Origin: Flaccisagitta enflata
Taxonomy: Eukaryota
DNA length: 64,000 nt
Assembly: GCA_965153355.1 (NCBI GenBank)
Contig: OZ231126.1
Location: forward strand, 1,550,001-1,614,000
Direction: 5' to 3'
Shown one piece after another: positions 52,046 to 64,000 of the stretch. Both the position numbers and the translations under genes were made by a program. Positions within the stretch are counted from its first letter, which is position 1. The number at the start of each line of letters is the position of its first letter. The notes beneath the pieces were generated by a model. That model saw only the letters and a list, made by a program, of their open reading frames with translations. It was not told the origin of the DNA and did not search any database.

Positions 52046-53639
52046 AAAAATAGAGATGTCGGCGAAATTTTTCTTCATCTTTAGTCGCGTGCTACGCGAC
52101 TCTACAACCATCTCGCTTTGTCGGTCCATCCGCCCGTCAATCCGTCGGTCCGGCACACTTTACTTTTTAGGTTTTTTGGGTCTCTAGTCTCACTGCTCCT
52201 GCCTAAATGAATAAGTGACCACAAATATAGCCCCTGCCCACGGGCATGCGACTGCGGTAGCCGTGTATCCGGCCTTATTCTCTCATAAGCTGATAGAAAT
52301 GCTTTAACCTATCAAATGGTCTTTTAGAAGCTGTCATTAGTTAGAAATATCGCTAATTGTTTGAAACATATTTGTTACATGAAAAATGGACGTTCCTTGC
52401 GCTGAAATATAAACACGGGACCATTAAGATGGAGGAGTGACCCAAAGTTTTAGTGGCATCATCCCCTACAACTTATATGGTTCAAGTATTTTCTCACTTG
52501 CTATGGCGGTTTACACCTTAGGTGGATACAATAGGCGCCACCATGACGATTTTTGAATTTCCACCTAGAACACCCTTTGATTTCGCAAATTCACCCTCCA
52601 GTAGGGGGTCTCGGTCAGGCCATTTCTTGAACCAAATATAAAAAATCACAGATAAAACCAGTCAGAATTCGTTATCCATGTTTACTTTGGGGAAAAAAAG
52701 GCTTACATGGTCTGAAATGATAGAACTGAGTAATCCCAAGCCTGTATTTGATCACATATTGAAACCAAAGAAACAACAAGTTTTTTAAGGGTCCCAACCT
52801 TTTATAATTAGGTTTTGTTGAGGACATATGATTAACATGAATAGATATTGAATAGATATTAATAAAAATAAAGATGCTTTTTCAAAGATAATGAGGTAAT
52901 TATACTTAATAGCCTCATATCAATCCAAATATAGCTGATTTAGCTTCATTTGAAGTCATTTTTGGTCGATTTTATACAATTTTCAATTAATTATGAACTT
53001 TAATCATATACTTTTACTGCGTATATCAGTAACTATGAATATAACAACTATGAATATAACATAAGAAAGGAATGATCCTTGCATATGCTGCACATGAATA
53101 AGTGGTTTAAGATTCATAAATCCAGTATTTCCTGTTGTCGGTCCAAAACGATCCATCAGAAGATATGCTTTGCCTGCAGCTCCACCGATCGTGATAACCA
53201 TGAAATAAAAAGTCCAGCCTGTGGCCAACATGCGCTATCATAATCAGCAGAGCTCAAGCATAAGCTCAAGCACCTGAAAAAGAAATCATGAAATCAACAG
53301 GACATGGTTATCATTGTAAAATTAGAAATATGTAAAACTAAAAATCGACAAGCCAATAACTTGAGGTCAACCAGCCCATTAAACTGCTAAAGGATATCCA
53401 GCAATCTATGAATGAAAGGGTGTCAACCAGCCATATAACTTCAGCTGAATCCTGCTCAAACGGATTTCAAGGGACCAACAAGTTTTATCTGTTATAGATA
53501 GACTTCTGTTATAGCCTAAATAGAAAATTAAAGAAAATAGGTCAAAGGAACCTAGAATTAGTGTCGCTTTAAGGCGGATTTCCATAAAAAGCGGGTCCTT
53601 TAGAGCAGGGTTCAACTGTACCACTGAATGAAGTCAACC

Positions 53640-53935
53640 AGCCATAACTGCTGGTCAGCCTCAACTGCTGGTCAGCCTCAACTGCTGGTCAGCCTCAACT
53701 GCTGGTCAGCCACTACTACTGGCCAGCCATATCTGCTGGCCAGCCACAACTGCTGGTCAGCCATAACTGCTGACCAGACCAAATTGCTGACCAGACCCAA
53801 CTGCTGACCAGACCCAACTGCTGACCAGACCCAACCGCTGACCAGACCCAAATGCTGGCCCTACATCCATTCAGCTGCTGGCCCTACTCCCTTTCAGATT
53901 CTGGCCCTTTCCTTTAGCAGCTGCTGGCCCTACCT
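53640..53935. repeat. ~19-bp minisatellite (aactgctggtcagcc) inside the hAT element
   Basis: Direct reading. Confidence 0.9.
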
Positions 53936-54023
53936 CGATCCATTCAATTGCTCATCCTTGGTCTATAAACTCAACATTCCATTATCAGGAAAAGAAAAAT
54001 ACAAACATTTAGAAAAAAACTTT

Positions 54024-57000
54024 TTACAATACAAGAGACTCAACAAACTGCTTTATAAGATCCAGGTTAACAAGAAACAATTTCAATGTTTTCCGACTTC
54101 CTCTCACCTCAAAAACAGGCCTCAGCGGTAAAATTGACTCTTTTTTAATAGTAGAAGATTTTGCTGAGCTATCATCAACCCAATGTGACAAGGGATGTTG
54201 TCCTCTAACCCTAATGGATTTCATCAGAAGGACCTCAGCACCCTCCTCATAGCATTTTTGCACAGTCCCAATACCAAAACTGTCCTCAACTAGAACCACA
54301 ACCTGCTCTTGTTCTTTAGGAGGCCAACATCCATCTGATAACCAAACTGAAGGGTTAATTGGGGCCTCTGTTGTAGTATCTGGCCTTTCAACTTCCCTCA
54401 CTGTATCCATCTCATCATACAAGGCTTCAATATCACTAATGCATGCATGACACTTTGGCCTAGTATCATCAGTCAGCAGCTGCTTCAGATGAACAATACG
54501 AAGTTTGTTATCTATTCCCCTTTGTCTGAACAGCCTTTGTCTGAACAGCTCGTTGTTGTTAGCTACTTTGAGCAGGCAAGTGAACTTTCTATAGCGAATT
54601 TCCAGATTTAACGCCAAAGCAAGTGCTTCATCATTTCCCTTATCCTTAATCAGCTGTTCCAACTCAGATAAAGAGTGAATAGGTCCACCATGACTTTCCT
54701 TGCATCGACGGACAACTGTCTGAACCTGTGATTCTTTAGAGAGAATCACAGCTTCATCTTCTCGTAAACCAGCAGCCATAAGCGACTTCTGCCTTTGATC
54801 AAACTGTAGTTGAAGTGCGTCAACCTCTTTTGCTACAATTCTCAGAGGCTTCAAATTAAAATTTTATTTTTCTAAATGCCACTGAATGAGATCTTCAGTG
54901 TGTTTGATAACAAGGTCATCGCAGATTTTGTGTTTTGATTGACACCCTCCTGACACTTTAGTTTTTTGATCAACTTCACCAAAAAATTGTTCGACAGCAA
55001 TTGATGTTGTTTCAATACTGTCCAAATTTTCCTCTGAAACCTGAGTCAAAATATTAAGCTGTGGTTGGGAGCCATCGCCAAATCCAAAAACATCTCCCTT
55101 TTGACGCTTAAAGCCAATTGCAATTTCTTTTGCTACTTCCTTGCAAAAAAATTCCAAATATTTTGTATCATTCTCATTGAGAAAATTTTCCAGAAAATCT
55201 ATTTGTGTTTTTGGGTATGGTGGATCAATTTCATCATGTGGGTCAATCAAAGCCTCTTTCAAGCATGGAATTGCAGGCTCTTTCAATTGAGTAAAGCAAA
55301 TTGGGGTTTCTATCATTTCCTCATAAAGCTGTGGGAAAATTCTGATCAACTCTGACATCTTAGCCCGCCTCACCATAAGCAAATTGACATATGGTTCTCC
55401 GATGTGGATGCCTATCAATGCTGCTCCAATTAAATAAAATAAAATGACCTCACGCATTGGGAAAGCACTCCGTAAAAAACATGTTAATTTGTTACGAATA
55501 TCAGAGTGAATCTGAAGAAATTGTTCAATATGACTGAAATGATAAGCACCTGTTAGGGCTTTTGCCTCTAGCTCCCCAAACCTAATCTCACACAATGGAC
55601 CAGTTTCATTTTTCAAACCCTTTCTCTCAAGCCATTCAGTGAATTCATGATACTTATTCCAGGACCTCTCAGCATATTGCTTTGAGGTTAGATTCATTAA
55701 TGCATCAAGGACTTGCTTGATGAGTGAGTCATCAGAAGCATCAAGGTTGCAGTATTCCAAGCTAGGGAAAACTTTATCATGTCCAATTCTAGACTGATGT
55801 CTCTTCCAAAGTTCAACAATGCTTCTGGACATCATCAGCCTAGGATGAAGGTTGCAATATGCTTGACCCGGTTGCCAAGAACACCCCAATTGTTGGGCAA
55901 CATCCATGGCTAAATTCATGTTGACCTTACACATATCAGAAACAAGAACCATAATGCTTCGCCAAATGGTGTGAACATCCTGTCCTGATGCGATAGCTAG
56001 GCGCTTCAACATGTGGATAAGAGTCTCAACCCATGAAGAATGATTCTCAGAGCCTAATGTTTGAAGCCTTAATGGCCTATATTTTTCACCAACTTTTACT
56101 ATTGCCCCAGCCATTTTCCCCCAACCCCCCTGAAGCGCTGTTCCATCAGGGATCAAGTTGGCATTTTGCAAACTTACCATTTCTAAAGCTTGTTCCTGTT
56201 CACCTAAAGTACTGATCAAGTGATGGGCAGCTCTCAATGCAGAGGGTGTGCACAACATTCTGGAGAGAACATCATTTTTACTACTTTCCAAGGAACCTGC
56301 CTCTTCTACTTCAATCAAGTCCTCAATTCCGTCAGTTTCAGAAGTGCAGTCTTTTTCAACTGTGTGTTGTTGTTGTGAGTCAGTATCTACTTCTGAAATG
56401 CTGGTCACTATATCAGCTACATCCTGGCGTGTTTGCTCGGCCATAGCTGATAAAGTACTTTCTTGGCTGATTGTTGGGTTCATTTTAGCTAACTTTCTTC
56501 GCAGTTTCATTTTCTTCCTGTACTCTTTCTCAAGTGATGGTGGGAGAATGTAATTCTGGTGGAAGAGAGTGTTTGCGGCAATCTTTGTGCAAAGGATAGC
56601 CTGCTTGGTGCTGACACCTGCTACTCCCATCATTAGAGAGCCAGTGGCAAGAAGACGAGGGTTCAATCGCCGAGAGACAGTTTTATTCTTTCTAGAGTAA
56701 GCCCTAGTACTCACACTTGGAAAAATACTTTCATCAGTTTGACATGCTATACTCCTCTTACTGTTTCCCTTTAGTGCAGCTTCTACATCTAAATTCTTGC
56801 TTGAACGAGTCCTTACAGCTGAAATATATTGAATTTCTCCTATTTCAGGGGATAAATCTTCAAAAACCTCATCATTCTCATCTACTGTAGTCTCTGAATC
56901 AACTGAAACAGCTGAATAATCCATAGTTGCACTAGCTACATAGTTCTTGTGCCTTCGCTCTCTTTCACTTTCCCTAGCTAAACTGAGCTCAAATTCCTTA

Positions 57001-57660
57001 GTAACCTTTGATGTGTCCATGCATAATTTCCTGGGGCCTCTTTGGTCAGAGAGAAATTCCTCATCGAATGCCCCATTTTTTGAAATTACTTTTGCCCTTT
57101 CGTACTCACTAAAAACATCGAAAAGATGACTGCCTACTTGGGTGAACCAAGTATGCTCAGCACTGGAATTGGCCCTCAAATTCTTTCTACATGGTAAATT
57201 AGACATATTCTCTGCGGAATAGCTTTGACTATCGACAACTTTGTCCACAATTTCTGAAAGCAATGCTGAAACATCGTCCATTATTTCACTTCCCTCAAAT
57301 GCTGGCTGTGTAACAGATTTTTTATACTTAGATGTGGATGCCCTCTTAGATGGTTGTCTACCTGGACCAGGAAACCGCTTTCTAGGTGTTGGTGCTGGCG
57401 CCAATGACTGACTCCACATTTTTTTCTTATGCCATGATTTACCTTTTTCATTTTTAAAAACTCCTGCCGTGATCTTTTTTTAGGAAGCTACACTGTGTTA
57501 TGATAGCTGCTTTTGACATTGGGCAAGCATCAGCTTGTTTCCAAATCTCACCTACCTTTTTCGCTGCTTTAGAAATAGCATCAGCTTGAGTACAACTACC
57601 AAATTGTGTTCTGGTCTTAATGAATTTAAATACCTCTCCCTTGGTGGGTAACATATTACC
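54024..57660 (-). pseudogene. hAT-type DDE transposase with an in-frame stop and a frameshift or intron
   Basis: N-terminal LPTKGEV..EIWKQA and FLSDQRGPRKL; catalytic-like IPDGT, VSDMCKVN, CNLH (CxxH) and TTSIAVEQFFG; the 851-aa and 276-aa ORFs are in the same frame, separated by one TAA at 54864-66. Confidence 0.85.
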
Positions 57661-59579
57661 CCTGAAAAAAAAGGTTCATCCATTCTTTTACCTAGATATG
57701 CTCCTTCTGCCGGTAAAAGGTTATACCAAAGAACTATAGTATGCCTTAATTGATAAAAATACTCTCCACTTAATCTGTTTATTGTGCTTGACTACTATAC
57801 AAGAACATATATCTTTTATCCCTGAAAAATTTTAAAAATCTGGTACAACCTAGTCAATGATATTGTTTCTGACACACCCTAACCTTTAAAATCCTTACTA
57901 TCACGGGATCAGCTAATTAGAAAAAAAAATATGACAAGCAATTACAACATTCAACAAAACAATGGATTACAGATTGAGTGATGGATAAACGGACAGAGAT
58001 TCAGAAAAGCAAAACAATATCAAGCTGAATTACGCAATTAGCTTGATTGACACAAACTCGTGTTGTCGAGTATTGTTAAAAAAGGTCAAATTTCTTTTTA
58101 GAGGACGTTTTTTTCAAGACCGCGCCGCTAACTGTGAGATAAACAGGTGAAAGCAGCGACCGGCGAACTGGTTCTCTCTCTCACACGCAGCGTAACGCTG
58201 CAGCGCCGCAGCAGCCGCGGCAGGAATCTTCGTTTCGGCTGACAGCCGAGCGCCCGAGGGAAATCGAAGACTGACCATTAGGGGAATGCATACCTTAGCT
58301 TTAATAGCATTGGGATTACTCATTTCTTCAAAAAAGGTATCAATATGGGTATCATTGGATAGGGGAAGGTTCGATCGTACCCTCTGTGAGGTTTTATTTG
58401 GGAATTATGCAACCTGGTTCCGACCGTGAGTCCCTACCTCCAGGGCCCCTCAAAAAATTGGGCAACTTTTTCTTCATCTTTGACAATTTGGGGGTGTTCT
58501 AGGTGGAAATTCGAAAATCGCCACGGTGGCGCCAATTGTATCCACCTAAAGTATATTCTGCCACAGCAAATGAGAAGTTTGCTTTAGCTATATAAGCTGT
58601 AGGGAGTGATGCTAAAACTTTGGGTCCCTCCTCCGCTCTTATTAGGGTCCCGTCTGTAGAATATCGCGACTTTTTACAAAATTTCTACTGCAATGTCTCA
58701 AATTCGATTTTAGAAGATGATTTCAGAAAACAACGGTTGCCGGAAGGATAAGATATTCTTGACAAAGACGTGAACAGTGGAAAAAGTATTTTATATCCCT
58801 GTTAAAACTCATTTTTAGATTCGTCCGTGAGAAACACATCTCTACAAGAGGGTCTGTCCATCGCTGCATCGGTCTTCCGTCCGTGGATCTGTTGCACCTG
58901 TCCTCAAACTGCATTTTCTTGGCACACATGAAATGCAAAGCTCTCTCTCTTGCTTTCTCGCTCCGCCCTCAATCTCGCTAGCTCACTCACTCTGACTCGC
59001 CTTGCTATATCAACGTCACAGTCTCTGAGTCACTACACGCATCGTCACCCGGTCTGGCTTGGTTTTTTTTTTTAGAATTTCATTCTTATCAGGGTGTAAA
59101 AATTTTTTTTTTTTCAATTTTGTATGGAAACTCTGGACGCTGAGTAGACAAATTTTATGTTTGAGTGAAGTTCATAATTAAACGAGTGAATGAATGAAAA
59201 TGAATTGGTGAATGATGAATGAGTTAATGAATGAACGAATGAATGAATGAACGAATGACTGAGAAAATAAAGTCGTCTTTGGAAAGCTGGATGTATGAGA
59301 AATGTGAATGTGAAATGCGAAATGTGAAATGTGAAATGTGAAATGTGAATGAATGTACAAACGAGTGAATGAATGTACAAACACCTGAATGAATGTATGA
59401 ACAAGTTAATGAATGAATGAGAAGTGAATGAACTAAATGAATGAACAATTGAATAAATGAACGACTGAATGGATGAAAGAGTGAATGGATGAAAGAGTGA
59501 ACGAATGAACAAGTAAATGTATGCAATAGTGAATGAATGAACTTACAGTATGATTTTTCTGAACTGTAACATGCATATA

Positions 59580-60354
59580 CAGTATGATTTTTCTGAGCTG
59601 TAACATAAGATGAGGACATAGCACAAAAAGTAGAAAAGCTAGCTATAATCTGAAAAAAAAACACTTGGAAGATATGAGTTTGCAGATTTTTGATGGAAAA
59701 TCCCAAGGACTTTTTCTTTTATTTTGATCTGATTAACGCATATGAATCAAAGGGCATGAATCAAAGGGCAGATTCTGCCAAAAAGTTATGTTTTGTTATG
59801 ACTGTCTTTCTGTAAACGTCATTTCTGAACGGTTTGAGCTACGGATCCCAGATTGGTCTCAAATGAAAGATATTTTGATGTAGTTTTCAAAGAAAAACAA
59901 AGACAGGGATATTTTTTAAGAGTTATCCTGCCAAACATGAACAATTTTGTTGTTTCAAGATAAATTGTTTGCAGAATTGACTTTCAGTTAATTAAATGCA
60001 TTCATAACTCCAAAAAAGTCTGTCTATTGAGTTTTTCCCAAAAAATACTTCAAAATAGCTTTTATTTGGGACCAATCTGGTATCTGTAGCTCAAACCGTT
60101 TGGAAATGAGAGCAATTTAAAGAGAAACAGTTCAGCCAATACCTCTACAATCTTTTACATTTTTCCATTTTTCAAAATTTCAATCTCTATAAAAAGGTAA
60201 GATAAATATCAATGTTTTTCCTAAAAACCTTTGGAATCTCTTAGCTAATAACTGCAAACTCTCATCTTCTAGGACCTTCTTTCAGAATTTGGCTAGCTCT
60301 TCTAGTTTTTGCATAATGTTCTTATCTTATGTTACAGTTGAAAAAATCATACTG
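59580..60354. mobile_element. Palindromic Tc1/mariner-like MITE with TA TSD
   Basis: ta|cagtatgattttttc..ctgtaacataagat and atcttatgttacag..gaaaaaatcatactg|ta; the left terminus is also duplicated at 59544-59572. Confidence 0.8.
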
Positions 60355-63300
60355 TATGACAAACAGGCCGCCTGGCAGGCACATGTGTCAGCGCCTCACG
60401 CACTTGCCCTGCTTTGCATGGCTGTAAATTTGAATGAGGCAGGGCAGCGTCCCCGAAGAGGACAAAGTCCTGTAGAACACAGGGATTTCCTTTTGTCTGT
60501 CATCCGCCCATCTCACTCGTCCGCCTGAGAGCCTTCTAGCCTGAACCTGTCTCTCAGGTCTGGGGTCTGCCCAGGCCTGAAATCTGCCCTCTCAGGCCTT
60601 GAATCTGAGAGGCAGATTTAGCCCAAAGGACAGACCCAAGGCCTACAGAGGATTGCTTCCAGGCCTGAAAGTACCCTTCAGGCCTGGGGAGGGCAGATTC
60701 AAGGCCTAAGAGGGCAGATTCAAGGCCTGAGAGGACAGATTCAAGGTCTGAGAGGGCAGATTCCAGGCCTGAGAAGATGGATTTCAGGCCTGAGCTGGCA
60801 GATTTTAGGCCTAAGAGGGCATTTCGGGCCTGGGGGGGACAAACGGAGAGACAAACAAATGGACAAACGAACGAACAAACAAAAATCCCCCGTGTTCTAC
60901 AGGACTTCGTCCCCTTTGGGGCCGCTGCCCAAAAAACGAATGATTGAATGAACGAGTGAGCGTGTGAATAAGTGAGTGAATGAATGAACAATTGAATGAA
61001 TGAACGAGTGAATGAATGAACGAATTAATAAATGAATGAATGAGTGAATGAATTAATGAAGTGAATAAATGAACAGTGAATGAATATAAGTGAATGAATG
61101 TAATATGAATGGAATACAAGTGAATAATGAAACAGAATGAATGAATGAACAAGTGAATGAACGAGTGAATGAATGAACTGAAAACAGCAACCAGTAAAAT
61201 GAATGAACAAGTAAATGAATGAACGAAAGAATGAATGAACGAGTGAATGAATGAACGAGAGAATGAATGAACGAAAGTGAATGAATGAACGAGTGAATGA
61301 ATGAACGAGTGAATGAATGAACAAGTGAATGAATGAATAAACTGAATAAATGAACAACTGAATGAATTAATGACAAATGGAAAAAAAAGAATGTTGGAAT
61401 GACATTCTGGTTTGAGCAGCCGCGCACTTTCGTTCGCTGACCTGATTTGCATAATTAAGTGATTGCCGTGCTGCACTTCTTAAGCGCCATCAACACCCAA
61501 ACCCTTAAAGTTGCTGTTGATTTACATGGCGAAACCTTGAAGTCTCTTAACCACGTTTAGAGTCACGAGGACGCCTGTTCGACGAAAAATCCGTCGTTTT
61601 GAGCGGTCTCAATATTCGCAAGACGGACAGACTATCCGACCAATGTACAGATATAACCTCTTATAGATGTATGAGGAGGCTCTATCAACTAAAACAAAAC
61701 TCTCCATGGCTAAGAATGGAGAGATTCTGCTTTGCGCAGAAATTAACCTACGCTCATTTTCCTGATTAGCATAATTACATACGACATCTTGCATTTAAGT
61801 GACGTAGCTACGTGTTTAGCCATGCAATTAACATGACCTTAAGGTTAAAGTGATGGGGGCTGGACGCCCTGGCCCACCCGTCAGAAATGACATTTTGCTT
61901 TGTTGTTGCACTCACGCACAACTTGATTTGGTATAATTAAGTGGAAAAACTTGAATTTGCCGGCGTGCTACACTTCATTAAGCGCCAATATCCCGAGGAA
62001 TGGCTTAAAGTGGTTTCTAGGGAAGGTTATGATGAGTTTCAATCAGTTTTGAAAGATGAAAATTTTTCTTGTCTTTTGACCGCCTGAAAAAAGATTCCAC
62101 CGCTAGTGTTAGGGTTAGGGGTGTTTTAGAGCTTAATATCTACTCGCCGATTGAATGTTTGCCTATGGAATTTTCGGGAAACTCTGGTGCGATATCATCT
62201 GGCAAATGAATTATCCCACCTAATTGAGCTACAGAGATCTGCTTGGTATGTTAGATCGCATTTCTTGCAGAGCTTTCTTAATGGTCAGCCAATTTTTATT
62301 TGTGCTTCTTGTCCCCGATTTAACAGTTTTCGTCGGTGACTAAGGTGTAGCAGTGATGTGTACAGACTGAATGAAAATACAACGAGAGCAGTCCAGTTAT
62401 GACTCCAAATCTATAGTAGCTCTACCCATTCAGGTTGTAGCACTCATTTCAGGGGCAAAATAGCATCATTGGTGTTTTGACTGACTGTTTATTGCAAAAA
62501 AGGTGCATATTTGTTTGATACCAGGGAGCACTGACACTATTTGTGTGAGGGGTATTGCCCGAATTTTCATCGTCGATTTGACTGAGGCAATTTTGGCCTA
62601 TTCTGGATAAAAATACCACTTTGTGAAGCAGCAGTAGCACATAAATGGTCAATTTTACTAATTTTGGGGTGAGGAATTAGAATCTGCCATAAAAAATCAC
62701 CTAAGATCAATATTTTGCTCAAAATCGCCATTCTTAGGGCCCTGATTGAGCATTGTTAGCACTTTTTGCATATAAAAAACATTAAGAAAGGTAGCAGTGG
62801 TGGTTCTATGTGCTATTTGAGTCATTTTGAAGAAGGGAAACTAGTTCTTTAGTCAAGAATGGTCAAAGATGAATATTTTAAAAATTTACTGTCGCACTCA
62901 TGGCCCCGATTGAGCTTTTTTTGGCCTTATTTTGGTAAAAAAAAGTCATTAAATGAGGTAGCTGTCGCAATTTTATTAGTAATCTTATCAATTTTGAGAT
63001 GAGGAATCTATATCATTGTTCAAAAATGGTCCAAGATCAACATCTTGATCAAAAACCATCATGCTTAGCTTTACTGGGCCCTTACTGAGAATTTTAATGC
63101 CTTTTTTGGTGAAAAAGACTTAAGTGTTGCAGTAATGGCAGTTCTAAGTTACTTTACCTCTTTGGGAGCAGCAGAAATCAATTCTGAAACCTAAAATGCC
63201 TCAAACAAAATTTTGATAGTTTACTGCCTTCTCATCCAGAGCTTCTGATGGAGCATACTTACCTTTAGAAGGCTGGATATAAAATCTATAAGAGGCTTTG

Positions 63301-63829
63301 TTCATCTGTCCATCCGTTTATCCGTTGGTCTGTTGGTCCGTCAATGCATACAGACTCTGAGCTATATAGCATTTTTGTCAACTATATACTAATACAATAC
63401 TCTCAAGTATTGGGACAATACAATACTATACCAATACAATACAATATCCATTGAAATTATATACAATACATTATAATTGTATACAATACGATACAATACA
63501 ATATACATGTAACTATAGTTTTGATAATAAATATTAAATATTATGTTGTAATATGTGTTAGAAATGATTATAGTTAAATGGTCTTCTTATAATTAATTAG
63601 AAAAAAAATATAATGATTTTAATGATTACATGTATTTTGTTTGATAAGAAGGGCTGAAACTTTTCCTACTATTTTTTATTCTTATTTTGTATTTTTTTTT
63701 CTTTTTTTTGCTATATCTATCTTTTTGTTTCTGTTTTTGTCTATCTGTTTTTTTTTTCTTTCTCTATTTTATATTGTTTGTTTGTGTCTTTCTTCAAAAT
63801 CTCTCCCAGTTTGTCTGTCTGTCTGTCTT

Positions 63830-63862
<33 letters not shown>

Positions 63863-64000
63863 GTCTGTCTATCTCTTTTTCTCCTCTAGATTCTTACTCT
63901 CTTGTAGATTTTTACTCCCCTTCCTATTCCTCTTATTCCTCCTCTTCATCCTCTCAGCTTCTAACTACTTATTGTTACCCTCATAGATTCTTATTTTTCT

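Larger units (their letters stand above)
52602..58436 (-). mobile_element. Near-complete hAT-superfamily DNA transposon (5.8 kb)
   Basis: Imperfect TIRs tagggggtctcggtc / gaccgtgagtcccta; flanking direct repeat cctccag (52595-52601, 58437-58443); internal transposase. Confidence 0.85.
52410..58658. mobile_element. MITE (acgggacc.. / ..ggtcccgtctgta ends) split by the hAT insertion
   Basis: Arms 52410-52601 and 58437-58658 are inverted repeats; an uninterrupted paralog lies at 38068-38328. Confidence 0.8.

Noticed and set aside
51494..52187. HSF/IHS-rich ORFs (also 59114-59706 and 60811-61476)
   Set aside because: Translations of (TTCA)n arrays.

Overview
AT-rich, repeat-dense, intron-containing eukaryotic DNA, most likely an invertebrate animal (long (GA)n, (GT)n and (TGAA)n tracts); no prokaryotic features. 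Two spliced host genes are supported, both on the + strand. The first is an XK-related (Xkr scramblase family) membrane-protein gene (exons 11218-11633 and 16622-17969) whose tail is a 35-aa acidic tandem repeat running on, with frameshifts, to 18819. The second is a C2H2 zinc-finger gene (about 45162-49308) with a very long disordered exon rich in psi-K-x-E motifs. The rest is layered transposable elements: a fragmented LINE relic (ORF1 plus AP endonuclease, 92-3600, -); a near-complete 5.8-kb hAT-type transposon with a non-8-bp target duplication, inserted into a MITE (52602-58436); a 5'-truncated CRE-like retrotransposon end (43666-44100); several foldback/MITE elements, including nested CAC...GTG elements with 4-bp TSDs; a TIR element carrying a tRNA-Arg-like sequence; and many Helentron/DINE-1-like short elements. 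Most ORFs in the track are microsatellite artefacts. I found no clearly new multi-gene system. All family assignments come from motif recognition by eye, not database searches.
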